Shown here: piece by piece, positions 50,672 through 62,800 of the stretch
How positions within the stretch are numbered: position 1 is the first letter of the stretch
Layout: each line of letters opens with the position of its first letter
NCBI GenBank assembly: GCA_965153455.1
Contig: OZ234493.1
Location: forward strand, 15,490,213 to 15,554,212
Length of the DNA stretch: 64,000 nt
Direction: 5' to 3'
Source of the DNA: Sphagnum compactum
Lineage: Eukaryota
Translations under genes and position numbers: made by a program
The notes under the pieces: model-generated
Databases searched by the model: none
What the model saw: the letters and a program-made list of their open reading frames with translations, nothing else
What the model was told of the DNA's origin: nothing

Positions 50672-50745
50672 CATTTGAAATAACGTTGAAAAAAGAGACC
50701 GTTACCAACGGTCTGATTTTCAAATCCGGTAACGGCTCTTTTTCC
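50672..50745 (+). promoter_or_regulatory. MSA (MYB3R) element triplet with CHR-like motifs upstream of the TM gene
   Basis: AACGG cores at 50699-50703 (-), 50707-50711 (+, ACCAACGGTC) and 50731-50735 (+, GTAACGGCT). TTTGAAA at 50674 and TTTCAAA at 50718. CGCG boxes and (CT)n follow. Confidence 0.7.
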
Positions 50746-51496
50746 ACAGCGCGCGCTCTCTCTCTCTCTCTCTGCGCGCGTTTCGTCTGTCTCTTCTCTC
50801 AGCGAGCGCATGCTGATCGCGCGCTCGCTGTTTTTGTTCTGTGTTTTTTGTTCTTTTTTAGTGGGTGTATTCATTTGGTTTTTTATCGTTTGATGATTGC
50901 TGATTTGCGGCACGATTTATTGCTCTTCTTTTTAAAAAAAGATTCCCGTTGTTTTTCAGTCGGGACGCGCTTGAGTCTTTACTTCCTTTTAGGATGGTGA
51001 GCTTGGAATTTTTGTGAGTCGTCTCCTTCTCCTCCTTGTTTCTGGTCAATGCCTCTCAGAAAAAGCAAAACTGAAAAATCTCAGCAGCTTTCGTTGTTTT
51101 TCCTGCCTACATTAATCAATCAATCGACAAGCTCTCCCCTGAGTCTTGAACCCTAGAGAGAGAGAGAACCCACACCCGATTAAGCTATCCTGAGCTTGAA
51201 CGCTACAAGGCCTGCCCTGACTGAGCTCCTGAATCTTGATCCCAAGTTCCTGCCCTGGTGAAGCTCCTAATATGTCTTGAACAGTAGTAGAACCCGCCCC
51301 CATGAAGCTCCTGAGTCTTCTTGAACAGTAGAATCCACAGAGAATTTGGAACCCTAATTCCGAGAGCTAGTACTTCCTCCTGTATTGCTTCGTCTTGTTC
51401 AAATCTCCGCAGTCAAGAAAAAATGTTTTGAGGTTCGTAGAGCTCGAGAGACGAGAACATACATACATCCATACATATATTCTTGGGGTTATTCAG

Positions 51497-54400
51497 ATGT
51501 CGTTTTCTGGAAGCATTTCCCCATACCATCCGAGGGAACTAGCAGATCCAAATTCGCCTGTTTCGGACATAAGTTCAGTGGCGAAGATGACACCCAGAGA
51601 GCAGCAGGAGATGCTGGAATTGCTGAGTTGCACCAACCCACTCTTCAATCAGCCATCTCCCCTTGATGCTTCTTGTAAGTAGACCTCTTAGGACCTCCTC
51701 CTCCTCCTCCTCCCTTGTTGTTGTGTCTTGGTCCATAATTTGCAAAGTGGGTGCTGGTCCAATCCGCCCAAGAATGAGCTACTTGGCATATACATGCCAT
51801 AGCACAGAGTTGCTGGGATGGGGTTTTCCCGGTCACCCACTCCATCCACCCATTGTGTGCAACCATGGTAGTTTCTTTGGAGTCCGGTTTTCTTTCTGCA
51901 TCATTGATGAGCAGCTCAATAGAAACTTGAAGATTGCATGAACATTATTGTGATGTTTTGCAGGCAACTGCAGGATGCTGAGTTCACTGCATTTGCCGCA
52001 GGTTGAAGAAGAAACTGCAACGGTATCAAAGGCCTCTCCACAGCAGAAGGAGAATCTGAAATCGGAGTTTTGCGAGGAGCACAAAAACGGTAATGACTGG
52101 GGTTCAATTATGTCGAGCCTATCAACTACTAAGCTCTCACCAACTCCTCTTCTGAAACAGAGGGTTTCATCCAAGAGACCAGAGCTGATCTTGAGCTCAG
52201 CCAAAGATATGGAGCTGGAATCCAGAACAGAGGACAGTGGTGAAGAGCTCAGAGACCTATCTCCAAATAGCCTGGAAATCTCCATACCTGAATTGCAGCA
52301 ACGGATCAAGAGGATTCTTGAAGATGATCCAGCTAGCCCAAACCCAGAAGAGACAGCCATGAAAGCTCTTTCTCATTTGAGACATCCACGGTTTCCTTCT
52401 CCTCCCCCTTGGTCTGCAAAAGGCAGCAACAACAACAGGTCAACTGGCAACAGAGCTGGATCTGAGACACTAAGAACAACACCTGTTTTGTCCGGCAGGA
52501 ACAAGTCAACTGAGTCCAGGCCTTATGACCCAAAGCAAAATTTCTTGTCACCAAGGCCTCAGTTTCTTCGGTATCGACCCAATCGCAGGCTAGATCTTTT
52601 GCAGAGAAGTCCAACTGCTGCTGAAATCCAACCTGACACTGCTGCTGGTCTCAAAGTAGCTGAGCTGAATCAATCAGGATCTGAAGGCATCAGAGCAGCC
52701 GAAGTGGTGGAGGTGGAGAATTCAGATCGTGGTGGTATTTCTGAGAGTTGTAATTCCAGTGTGCTAGTAGTAGCTGCAGAAGACCTATTGAGGTCAATAT
52801 GCTCTCTAGATTCTCTTAGAATTGTTATGCAAACTGAGGAGCTTGAAAATGGAGTGCCAGGACCACTGGGTACTACTGTGGAGGTGGGAATTGAGAACAG
52901 ACGTGCAGGGGATGATACCAAGAGGCAGGAAGCAGCAAACATGTCAAGATCTGAAGACCTCAGTAGTGGAGTGGAGGGAGCAACAGATAATGTGGAGTCC
53001 AGTATCGCTAAAATCATTGAAGAGGATAGTGCGGGAATCCAGGAAGCAGCATCCATGCTGCAATCTCTGGTCAAGGATGACGAAGGCATTCCAAGCCCCA
53101 AATGTTTGCTGCTACTGCCTAAGACTGATATGAACAGTGAAGTTGTCAAGGAAACCCTATGTGAAGCTGAAACCAGTATTCAGGATATACTAGATACACC
53201 ACCAGCAGAAGTCGAGGACAAGATGATCACAAACTTGTCAGAAAAGAAGGGAATATTGCCAATGTTTGTTAGATTTCTTGTTGGTGCCTTCTTAGTGTCC
53301 ACATTTGTGGTGGTGCTCATGGCCTTTCTTTCATCCAGCATCTTGAGTGGGAGGAGAGCAAGTGATGCTAACCCTTTGGTGGAACCATGGAAAAATTTGT
53401 TTTCGATGCGCAAGCCAAGCATCCACTTCTCGACCTTTGGTATGGCCTTGCTTGAATCTGGATATGTGAGGAGTACCCATGCTATGACTCCTTTGGTGGA
53501 AGAACCATGGCAAAATTTATCTCACAGCAACCCAAGTGTTCAGTTCTCCAGCTTTGATTCTCATTTTGGCATCAAAGGCACAGAATCGGTTGAGATCAAA
53601 ACCAGGAAGGCTGAGAATTGCCAATCCTCAATTGTAATCCCTTCCCAGTCCCTCACAGACAAATTAGATGTACATGGAATCAATCTGCAGGATTCCTCTG
53701 AACCAGGTATCATCGTGGAACCTGCTGAGGCTGTGCGTATTGAACAGTTGCCTCAGGTACCAACATCTGGAAGTTTTCAGGCAGGACAAAGGGATATGCA
53801 GGAGCTTATGCACCTGGTGAAGGCTGTGATGGTAATAATTCACTCCCTCTGCTAGAAAACCATTTTCTATTTATTGATCAGATTAGTCAGAGAAGCATCA
53901 AGTCTGAAACCATAACAGTTTTCAGTGGTATCCTTGATTTCCAAGCCATCTATGAACACAATTGATTTGGGAATGAAGGAACAGAGAAAAGTCAAATGCA
54001 AGTAGTTGGAACTGGCGTAGGATTTCCTAATTCTTGCATGCCCATGATGTGTATGCAAGTGTACTTGTTTCTGGATTGCTTACAATGTGTTGCTTACTGA
54101 GAGATACCAACTCGGTCTGCTCTGAAGGTGCAGGAGGATGACAATCTTCAAGATGAAGGAGCACCAGACATTAGTTGCAATGAGATTGAATCCAACTTTG
54201 ATGCAGGATTGTCAACTGAAGTTCCTGAAGAAGGGGATGCAGTGAACACTGAGTTCACAACACTTGTACATATGAGTGCATCAAGCATAAGAGAGGACTC
54301 ACTTTTTATACCTCCTAATCAAGGAAGAGTTGTGGAATCTTCTGAAGAAGGGATGGCTTGGAAGCAAACTTGGAAAGAATCTCTGCACAAAACTGTGGAC

Positions 54401-55634
54401 ACTGAGGAAAGTATTGGAGGCATCACCATAAACTCAGTTATGGGATTGGGTGATCATGAAGGAGGAATGTGTTCAGTGCCATCGGTTGAGCTTAGCATAC
54501 TAGGCATGATCCCAGAATTCATTCTTGTTGGGATGGCATCAGCTGCAGTTGCTGCTGCTCTTGCTGTTCCTTTGAGGAGGTTCATGAAGAGGCACAAGAA
54601 AAGCCATAAAGCAATACATAGAAGGAAGCAAATGAAAGCTAAAGAGGTGATATCCAATGCTCCTCAGGCCCACATTACTGAAGGCATCAAGCCGAAGACT
54701 GTACTGGAACCAAAAGTGGCGAATGACACTCCTCAGCCCGCTGAGACTGATGATTCAGTTCCAATTTATGAACATAAGATAGCCAGCAGCAGGAATTCAT
54801 TGAGAAAGGCGCTAGTGGAACCTACACTAAGTGGGCACACAATGTCACCTACACCACATACACACTCATTGACAACACCAGTTATGAGGACTCCAGTGGG
54901 AAGCTTCTTGCCCACAGTTCGCACCCCTGTACCATCAAATGCACCAAGTGTTTCATACATGCCCTCAGAATCAAGTATGTCTACAGCTTCAGGATTTAGT
55001 GGAGCATCATCAGTTGCAGACAGTGAGCTCTCTGCACTGCTGGATGATTCTCAACTGGGCAGTTTTACTGCCTATGAACCCATTCTTTCCAATGAGGTAA
55101 TTGCTCTAACACTCACGGAACGCTGTTTGATTTGAAGGTCTATACTGCAAATTTTGGCTCTCCACAGGAGTTGTTTGGGGTTTTAAGAGTTTAGAGCTCA
55201 AGGTATGAGTGGAGTAGACATTGTGTAAATTTTTTCACATTTGTAGCATCTCTTGTCCCTGTATGGGTGCTTTGCATATTTTTGCATATAGCAGAGGAGC
55301 TAGAAACGATCAAATGAACTGTTGAGCACATTGCCTCCTTTTGGAAGTCAAAACCTTCAAATGGGTGTAGCTGGAGAAACATAGATATGCTCAATTCTTC
55401 TTCCAAGCATTGAGTAGACAGGTTTCTGATTTTAAGCTATACAAATAGGCTTTGTTTATTAGTGCTGCAGTTCAGGAGTGTTGATAAACTGATGATGCAT
55501 CTGGTTGGATGTTGCAGGGCTCAGAAATGCAGCAGCTAAAGCTGACCCCAGTGCGACGATCTATGCGCATACGAAACAAGGTTGCCTCCCCACTTCTAGC
55601 TTACAAGGTTAAACTTCCTGAGCTCCTTAATTAA
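51497..55634 (+). CDS. Uncharacterised two-transmembrane protein (~1043 aa) with PYDPKxNxLSPRPQFL and C-terminal TPVRRSxRIR motifs
   Basis: Exons 51497-51674, 51964-53831, 54128 (or 54134)-55096 and 55518-55634, all GT-AG and phase-consistent. Motifs: PYDPKQNFLSPRPQFLRYRPN, LGSFTAYE and TPVRRSMRIRN. I recall these from uncharacterised angiosperm membrane proteins (At1g16630/At2g16270-like); this is unverified. Hydrophobic segments lie at ~53255-53345 and ~54495-54575. Confidence 0.85.
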
Positions 55635-58600
55635 AAGCCCATAGCACACAATTCAGCTCACTGCAGTGAGCAATCATGTCCAACCAATTTTGCACCCCCA
55701 ATAGCATTATCACCCCCTCCTCTGGATGGCACAATATCAGCAAAACTAACTGGAAAAAATGCACGATAGTCAATTCTGCTGCAAAGTTCTTTGATCAAAG
55801 ATGATGGTGGCCTCTTAGTGACAGTAATCTCAATATTGGCATGACTCAAAACTGTATTCTTTTGTTGTCAGTCATTAGGTAGTGTAAGCTGACGTTTATC
55901 AGTTAGTGTCAGCTGATGTTTCTTCTGTACATAAAACAAGGATTTCTCTGGTTGACTGCTTGAAGAGACTTCTTTTGCTGCTTGTTCTTTCTACATTTGT
56001 TCCCATCTGTTGCCCCACCTCTTTGGTGTTTGTCAGGGCCCCTGCCACACTTGGGCTATTTGAGGGCCATGCTTCAGACAAAGGTCAGCCACAACGTGAG
56101 TTCAGGAGTGGCTACGCTTGCTACAGAGATCTGAAATCTGATGTGAAAATGTGCATGCATAAATTGATGTAAATGCAGATTTGACTTAACATCTCTACAA
56201 ACAACAGTGTTGAAATTCAATTTTAATTTATGAGAGTTGAATAATTCATAATTCAATTTCACAACTACATGAATTCCAGTATGTTTTAGGAACAAAGCAA
56301 ACTCAGTTTGTGTGAGATTGATTTGATACTTCAGTATCCTTCTCCATTTCTATAAAAATAAATACCCTTTTGTTGCTTTCACAAGGTATATGCTACAATC
56401 AATGTATCATAAGAAAAGATGAAGTTGAAGATGCAATTCTTAAGCACCAATCAGATTTTGCAATAAGTAATATTTGCAATGGATGGTGAATTATCATTAA
56501 GATAATATGCATTTGTGAACACAATGAACATCATGTGCTTTTAGATTTGTCATGTATATCCTAAGTTTGATGTTTAGGGTATAAGCAAGGTTCTCAACCT
56601 TACAATCTAAGATCAAACAACAATGTTCACAATCATTTAGATTTGATTCGTTTCCCATTTTCAAAACGCATAAAAATGAAACAAGGAAAATGATGATACA
56701 ACATTGTAAAGTGTAAGTAAACTTCAAATTGATCTCGTTAACATCTCAAACAACACTACTTGTGGAAAAAAAGTCTGGAATCAACAACTTACTCCATTCA
56801 CCATTGTTAGACAAATAAATTGTGATAGCTCAATTCAATATTGATTCAAGTCCCATCTTCTGTTTAACGTGTCCTTGTTGGAAGAAAATCATAGATTGAC
56901 AACCGTTTTAGGAAAGTTTCCAAAGCCCATTTATTGACATTGTTGGTCAACAAGAGTGTTGGAACACAACGGCAAATACAATTCATTATTCATTATTCAT
57001 TAGCAAATTACAATTTAAGTGACGATTCATGGGAGTCAAACACCTTGAAAATGCCCTTGAAAAAGGTTCATGTTCCATTTACAATAGTCATACAAAAAAC
57101 CTAAGCTTGTTTGTGGAGATTACCTTAAACCATTACAAGGGAAACCATTATACCATTTATAAGGATGGCCTTGTGATTAGAATGGGAGGTGATATTAGGA
57201 AAACATCTATGAGCCACATTATAGATCATTGAATATATCTGCACATGATCTTTAATTACAATATAGGGATCTTTAATTAATACATAAGGATTTTCAAGTT
57301 TTTTCTCTTCATATTTTGTTAATAGCCAAATTTGGCTAGATCAGCTTATGGACAATTGCCACCTTGGCTACATCACAAAATTGAAGAAAAAAAAAGCATC
57401 ACTTCCCACATAAGTGGTGTCTCTATCCAACTCTTCTCTCACTAGTTCCTCCTCTAAAACTTCCCAATTTATTTTAATAAGGAGGTAGAGAATCACCAGT
57501 TCTTTTGGTATTCAAATCTTGTCCTTGTTGTCTAAGACCATTTATGGAAATAAATAAATAGATAAATTTGCATGTTGTAAAAGTATGAATATTTTGAACA
57601 TTGTTAAAATGACATAATTGACAAATTTTTTGTCAGTTTGCGAAATAGAATTCTTTTATTGCACTAGTGTAGATTTTAACAACTATTTATTTTTCTATAC
57701 ATTAAAATCATTGGGAGTTCCTTTTCTTATCACATTCCCCAAAAAAAAACCATCTAAAAAATCTATTAGACAAAACAAAAAATTGCCCAAATTATCAAGA
57801 TAGCACGTTGTGTTGTGTGTTACTTTTAGTTCAATGCATACACTTGAAAGGACTTGCATTGCATTTGGCTAAAGACTATGTTAGATACACAATGTACCTT
57901 TGTTTATTCCTCATAAATCACACCATTGATATGTTTGTCTTAAAATATATAATATAAACTTAAAACAAGATATATTATGTTTTAAAATGTCTTTAAGATA
58001 ATAATAATAATAAAGGCTTAGAATACTATATTTACACATTTTTACACCACATTGAAGCTATGTCTGTTTCACTACATTTGATGTCCTTTTTGGCTGCTTT
58101 GTTGTGTATTACACTCACCATAAACATCCATTTGCCCATCATACTCAGACCCCATTTGTTAGGTCACTCCATCATTCATTTCTCAAGTGTCAAACTTAAT
58201 CTTTCCAAAACTGTTTAGAAAAAGAATGATGAAACACAGAGTGAAGCTCATGCTAAATAAATTGCAGGTTTGCTTTCACTTTGTAATAAAGTATGGTGCT
58301 TCAAAACAAACTTGGATTTACACTTTTTAGCAATGGACCACAATACAGCAGAAAAGGCCCAAAACCTTCACGGTTTTTTTTGGGTTCACCATTGGAGTCC
58401 AGACAACAACTTTGATGGTTGTTGCTATGCAACGCTAGAGAGGTTTAACGAGGTTTAGGTCACCTCAAATGAGTGGATTTTCTGGAGAAACAACAATGCT
58501 TGTAAAAGGTAAGCCTTATGCCATTGATGCAGTTCACCTGGTTACAAGTTACAACCATGGTCATGCTTTTGACCTACCATATATGCATTGTAAATAGCAT

Positions 58601-59801
58601 TAGGGTACAAAAAAAAAGTCAATCCTATGCTGAAAACTCGATGCTATAGAGTGCACTATATAACTCACACTCACTAGTCCAAAACACATCAACAATAACC
58701 GGATCAAAACATTGTAAATTTGTGATCAGATCTACAAGTGAATAGCTTTGCAACAGAGCACATTAGTGAAGGACATTTGTGACAGAAATCACCAGTCCAT
58801 CAGTGTGAAGGAGGCACATATGATCAGAGGGAGAGTTTGGCAGAACAAGTTACAGAGAGGAAACTCCCAACATATAACCCCAACCGTTACATCATACATA
58901 CCTTATAACTTTTAAACTTTTCTCAAGCATTTTACCTGGGCAGGCAAGGAGTCAGAACTTTGCTGCTGAATGAATGTTCCAATAGTACAAGAGTAACCAC
59001 TGGTTCTTTGCCGCTTCATCTCCATCAAATCAGAGCCCCTTGAACCACTCACTTCCCCAATAGTGGGGCTTGAGTCAGAGTCTGCACATGAACTACTTTC
59101 CACATTCCATTATAGCCAGAAGAAAATTGGCACTTGGTACAACCTGGCTACAGTAAACTTGATCATTGCATCGCTATGATACAACCTGGCTATTGATCAC
59201 ACCCAGTCATTGTGAAAGGAACTAACAGTATGGTGTATTTTTTCACTGACTGCTGAGTCAACTATTGTTTCTTCTGATTATGCTCCCTATGTGTGTAATT
59301 ATCTGATAGACCAGAAGGGAACATTAGCTTCATATGCATCCAACATGGATTCTGTCCCTTCAAACTCGATCAGGAATAATAACCATCCTCTGTGAGTCCA
59401 CACCAGCTTCCAAGAGTTGCTTTGCAAGTCTTGGTGCATGGTCACAGTAGTAGTAGCCCATGAATAATATGACTGGAAGGGCTGTTTTGCTTTGTTTTCC
59501 ACCCCCATAATCTCACTCTAAACACAGTTCACCAGATAGTGAAGCTCCTTTAACGGAAAGATACTTGCTGCCCTTTGATGCCTGATCCCTCATAACCTTC
59601 ATTTGTACAATCCTCTTCATGCTACAGTGAGTACTAAATGGTCCATACAGTGAGTGCAACTGGACAAGCTATACCACAAGCTTGAGAAATAATGCCTTTG
59701 CCTCCTCTACAAAAAACTGCCCAGCCTCTTATCATCCACCTTCTGTCATAGTGAGCCTGTAAATCACCATTGACACAAAAACTTCACAGGCAAGCAACAT
59801 T

Positions 59802-62800
59802 TCATTTCTTTGCATTTGTGCGTGACAAAATCCGCTTTCCATAGGGGCTATTACGCAAGGCAGGAAGATGTGGTCGTATTGCATCAACCAGCCCACTGTG
59901 TAAAGCACCCTGCTGCAATCAAAGAAAAATACAAATTGAGAAGAATTGAGCTCCTTTCAATTTAAAAAGCCAAAGTTACTTGGAACCAAGTCACACTTCA
60001 GCCACAACACATTGCAATCATGACTGAGCCAGAACCACAAATGGACTTGAGAAGAGAAGAATGGCCAAAGATGTTAATATGTAGAAGAGGAACACTGCTC
60101 AGAAAACAGCAGAAGGTAAAGTTCATGTCAGCCAGTGCAATCAACTAACCTGACACTGTACACAAGCATGTAAGAAGTCATAACAACAAATTGTGATGCA
60201 AAACAGTGCTGTCAAACAGTGTTTTTGAGTCAGCAGAAAGGGTAAGTACCTTGCATACAGAAAGAGCAGACTGGATGACATAATTTGCATACTGGTCCTG
60301 AAGTAGCTGGCCTAAATGTGGGCTAGTCATCAGCTCCCGGACTAGACGGGAGCGTGGCTCCTCAACTCCAAGCTTCAAACATTTCTCCACCACATTGCTG
60401 CTGAACTTTTGCATGGACAAGAAAGCATAGTTCCCTTCCAGCCTTGCCATTACCTCAGTTGATGACCATGCTGTTTTGAGATCCAAGATGTATTGCACCA
60501 CGTAGTTGCTGCAGTCCAGCACAATGTGTGTCAGAAGATGTGTACAGAACACACCGCCATTGTACTCTTTGAGATTATCATGTTCTACAGTTTGCATTTC
60601 CATGTTCTACTTGAAGTCAACCATAAAGTATGCACAGATGGCACTGTGTCTCAAGACAGAACCAAAAAAATCCTCAATATTGTCATTTTCCCTCCGTGCT
60701 CAATTTCAAACTTACCCATAAGGATCTTGTGAGAGAGTAAGAGCGTTTGCAGCAACTTCAGCCACTAGGCGTTGCCTCTGATGATCTAATGCAAAGTCAA
60801 CACAGCGCTGCATAACACAGCACCCATGGCGATGTGTAGCTATCTCCACACAGTGCAATGCAGCTGCATCAAATATGAACTGCAGTGCCAGCCAGTAAAG
60901 AGACCCTAGCCCTTATTAGTTAGCCAAAAGTATCATCAAGGATTTGGGTCACTGGCTACAGAACCGATCTCAAGACATACACACATAGAATGATATAATT
61001 GTAAAATTGACTACCATCTCCATGGATATCCTGACATCTACAACTGTGATTGAATCATGAATGTGTCAGAACCTGCATACCTGGCTATCCTCGTGACTGA
61101 GCTTCTGAAGACAACGCTGGACCACATGATTTCCATTCAAGTCCTTGATTAACTCAACCACACCATCAGAAAGAGCTGTGATGACCATTGCTACCTGCTC
61201 TGATGACTTCAATGTCTCGATGAGCTTCTGCACTGCTCTTGTCCTGTAGAATGAAAAGTTCCTTTAGGGTGACTCAGGGTTCCACATACTTATGTCAGTT
61301 TTGATCACAAATTGCACTTATTTCTTGGTAGCCCATACCAAGAAGTGCATTGCAAGGTCAACAGCACCATTGTTACAACAATACCAGAACCTCAAAATCT
61401 TCATGCCAACATGGACTGTCAAAACATCAAGTCACCACACCACAGAGAGCACCCTGTGAGACGCACCTCCAAAAATTGCTTACAGATCAACTCTCTAATA
61501 CTGTCAACTATTGACCAGGTGTGCACTTTAAAAACCCTAGACAGATGGTGCCCACTGCACCCAAAGGTCCAAGTTAAGCAATGGAGGAGCTGTGAAACCC
61601 AAGTTTCAAACCTCGAACACAACTGACCGTATTCTCACAAAAAACCATAGTCAGGTGTGTTCTACATGAGTTCCTTAAGCCTCACACAGAAACCAATTCT
61701 TCATTCACAGAAATAACACCTACCCATGCATATTCAAGGAAATCCTGACAAGTTCCCCATCCATGGTGACAGAACGTAGAATCTCCATACGCTGCTTTTC
61801 ATCACAAACTTCAAGCAGCTTTTGCACCAAATAGTTTCCAAAAGGATCCTTCATCAACTCTGTAATGTGGCTGATAATCTCATGAAAAATCTTCTCCACA
61901 TCCTCAGGGCCTCCCTCATCAAACTTCTTCTGCAAAAATCTGCATCCATGCTGATCTTTTGCTATGAGATAGATGTGGCCCTCAACCTCTTCAAGTGTTG
62001 TGTACTTGGGGGGCTGCTGTTGCTGTAAGCTGTAGGGTGTCATGAGCCTTCCAACATCAAACTCCATGTGATCCTGGATTCTCAATTGTGGGTGTGTAAG
62101 TGTATCAGAAAGGTCTGTTGGTGAAATATGACCTGATCCAGAAGAACAATGTCCATTCAGATAGCCATGTCCACGACCATTTGATACCACCATGTCACCT
62201 ATTCTTTGAGTGCCTGCCACAGGAGAAAAGGAATTTGTCTTCCCAGAGTGGCTTGCTCGAGTATTTCGACGAAGAATCTTATCAGGATATGGAGGCAACC
62301 TCCCATCCCGCACTGCAGTGGAACGGGAAGCCTCCTTCACAGCTACAGGAGTGGTATGGGACACTGCTTCGGTCCCATGTAAAGGGGAATGCAAGAAAGG
62401 GCAGGCTTCACTGCGACTACAAAAACCCTGGAGGTAGTATCTGCAAACACTGCCCACAGTTGGAGTTCTGCAAGAATTGTCAGAGAACCCCAACTCTGAT
62501 ATTTCTGTGTTTGAACCCCAAACCACATCAGGGGGATTCAGAGCTTGCTGAAGCCTCAGCTTCCGTTCCAAAGCTTGATTGTTCTGTGCATTTGCAGCAG
62601 CAGCAAATCCAAGTTGCTGCAGGGCAGAGGCATTTCTTGAGCCTCGAATGGGCATGCTGCCAGCACTGGGGTAAGTACCCCCCCCACCTGGTCTTCCATT
62701 GACTTGAGCTTGAAGACTTGCAAGCAGCTGGATCTGTTTCTGGCGCTCCATGAGCTGTTGCTGGATGTACAAGCGATGCTTCTGTTGCTGTTCCTCCAAA

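Noticed and set aside
55832-55849. miR171-like complementary site (AATATTGGCATGACTCAA) downstream of the TM gene stop codon
   Set aside because: It has a seed-region mismatch, a wobble and three 3' mismatches, and no partner arm for a MIR171 hairpin.
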